Source of the DNA: Sedimentisphaerales bacterium
GTDB taxonomy: Bacteria > Planctomycetota > Phycisphaerae > Sedimentisphaerales > SM23-30
Direction: 5' to 3'
DNA length: 64,000 nucleotides
Assembly (NCBI GenBank): GCA_963663965.2
Contig: CAXXFK010000029.1
Location: forward strand, 64,001 to 128,000
Shown here: in pieces, positions 62,939 through 64,000 of the stretch
Layout: every line of letters starts with the position of its first letter
Position numbering within the stretch: position 1 is the stretch's first letter
Program-made: the position numbers and the translations under genes
Notes under the pieces: generated by a model
The model's input: only the letters and a program-made list of their open reading frames with translations
Told to the model about the DNA's origin: nothing
The model's database searches: none

Positions 62939-64000
62939 ATGACCGATACATCATTTAAAAAGGAAACACTGGCCATCCACGCCGGTCAGCGGCCAGATCC
63001 GACTACCAATTCACGGGCCGTACCTATCTATCTAACAACAAGTTATGTATTTAATAGCGCTGAACATGCCGGTAATCTCTTTGATCTTAAAGAACTCGGC
63101 AACATCTATACCCGTCTGCACAATCCCACCACCGATGTCTGGGAACAGCGAATGGCCGCTCTCGAAGGAGGTACCGCCGCACTGGGATTTTCCAGCGGTA
63201 TGGCCGCAATTTTTACTTCCATTCATAATCTGGCCAAAGTAGGCGACCATATTGTCAGTTCACCCCGGTTGTACGGCGGGACCGATACCCTGTTTCGCTA
63301 TACTCTCCCGCAGATTGGTATTCAAGTGTCCTTTAGCGAAGATCAATCTTCCGATAGCTTTGCCAAGGCCATAAGACCAAACACCAAGGCAATTTATATC
63401 GAAACCATCGGTAACCCGCGTTGTGATGTCGCCGATATCAAAGCGGTTGCCCAGGTAGCTCATGATAATGGGATTCCCCTGATAGTGGATAATACTTTTG
63501 CTCCCACCCTCTGTAAACCGATCGAATATGGCGCCGATATTTCAGTTCTGTCCTGTACCAAATGGGTAGGGGGTCACGGTACCAGTATCGGGGGTATCAT
63601 TGTTGACGGCGGCAGCTTCGATTGGGGCAGTGGTAAATTTCCGATGTTTACCGAACCGGATCCAAGCTATCACGGCCTGGTTATCTGGGACGCCTTCAAA
63701 GATTTTGCCGGCATGGGTAATGTCGCTTTCGTTTTGAAAGCCCGCATCCAGGCTATGCGCAATATCGGACCCTGTCCCAGTCCTTTCAATGCCTTCCAGT
63801 TCCTTCAGGGTATAGAAACCCTACCCCTGAGGATGGCACGCCATTGCGAAAACGCGCTGGCGCTGGCAAAGTTCCTGGAATCGCACAATAAGGTTGATTG
63901 GGTCAGCTATCCCGGCTTGCCCAGCCATCCCGATCACGCCAACGCAAAGAAATATCTTACTGGTGGCTTCGGCTCCGTTTTAGGTTTCGGTATTAAAGCC
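62939..64000 (+). CDS. metY: O-acetylhomoserine sulfhydrylase, truncated by the window end (absent from the ORF track)
   Basis: AAGGAG RBS; translated by hand: ETLAIHAGQ..RAVPIYLTTSY..GNIYTRLHNPT..DNTFA..SCTKWVGGHGTSIGG. Confidence 0.93.
   Translation, partial: MTDTSFKKETLAIHAGQRPDPTTNSRAVPIYLTTSYVFNSAEHAGNLFDLKELGNIYTRLHNPTTDVWEQRMAALEGGTAALGFSSGMAAIFTSIHNLAKVGDHIVSSPRLYGGTDTLFRYTLPQIGIQVSFSEDQSSDSFAKAIRPNTKAIYIETIGNPRCDVADIKAVAQVAHDNGIPLIVDNTFAPTLCKPIEYGADISVLSCTKWVGGHGTSIGGIIVDGGSFDWGSGKFPMFTEPDPSYHGLVIWDAFKDFAGMGNVAFVLKARIQAMRNIGPCPSPFNAFQFLQGIETLPLRMARHCENALALAKFLESHNKVDWVSYPGLPSHPDHANAKKYLTGGFGSVLGFGIKA

Overview
Bacterial chromosome segment, probably a planctomycete of class Phycisphaerae (Sedimentisphaerales-like). 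This is inferred from the dockerin-like module in a secreted CAZyme, the XylR-type regulator, the fused lpxC-fabZ and the LexA helix sequence. Layout: (1) 1-18 kb accessory, largely glycan-utilisation block (PL1 pectate lyase, XylR-type regulator/aldolase/Na+ symporter/FG-GAP cluster, GH28, NAGPA-like protein, GH2 beta-mannosidase) ending at the 3' end of tRNA-Phe; (2) pyrF-murD-MFS; (3) housekeeping run tRNA-Gln-prs-rplY-pth-rpsF-ssb-rpsR-rplI-dnaB-bamA-skp-lpxD-lpxC/fabZ-lpxA-lpxA-gnnA-like-pdxJ, then dapA and an FKBP_N-cyclophilin hybrid; (4) cheA-cheR-cheY-cheB-cheX, a lexA operon, an Mla/MCE transporter, two orphan histidine kinases, an intact IS4-family element, tRNA-Leu, argS, rsfS and a truncated metY. 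The assembly appears to over-call G on the + strand: a 916-nt poly-G tract splits pyrF, and single extra Gs would explain frameshifts in rpsR, mlaE, the MFS gene and the xylR-like start. Best biological leads: an RBS-led ORF overprinting lexA that has a clamp-binding-like QxxLF motif near its end and candidate GTTA-N7-GTTA operators upstream; two complementarily diverged lpxA genes beside a GnnA-like oxidase; a CheA with two Hpt domains and an MshEN motif pair; a promoter-aligned ~150-nt structured RNA upstream of dapA; and an uncharacterised keto-deoxy sugar acid catabolic cluster.
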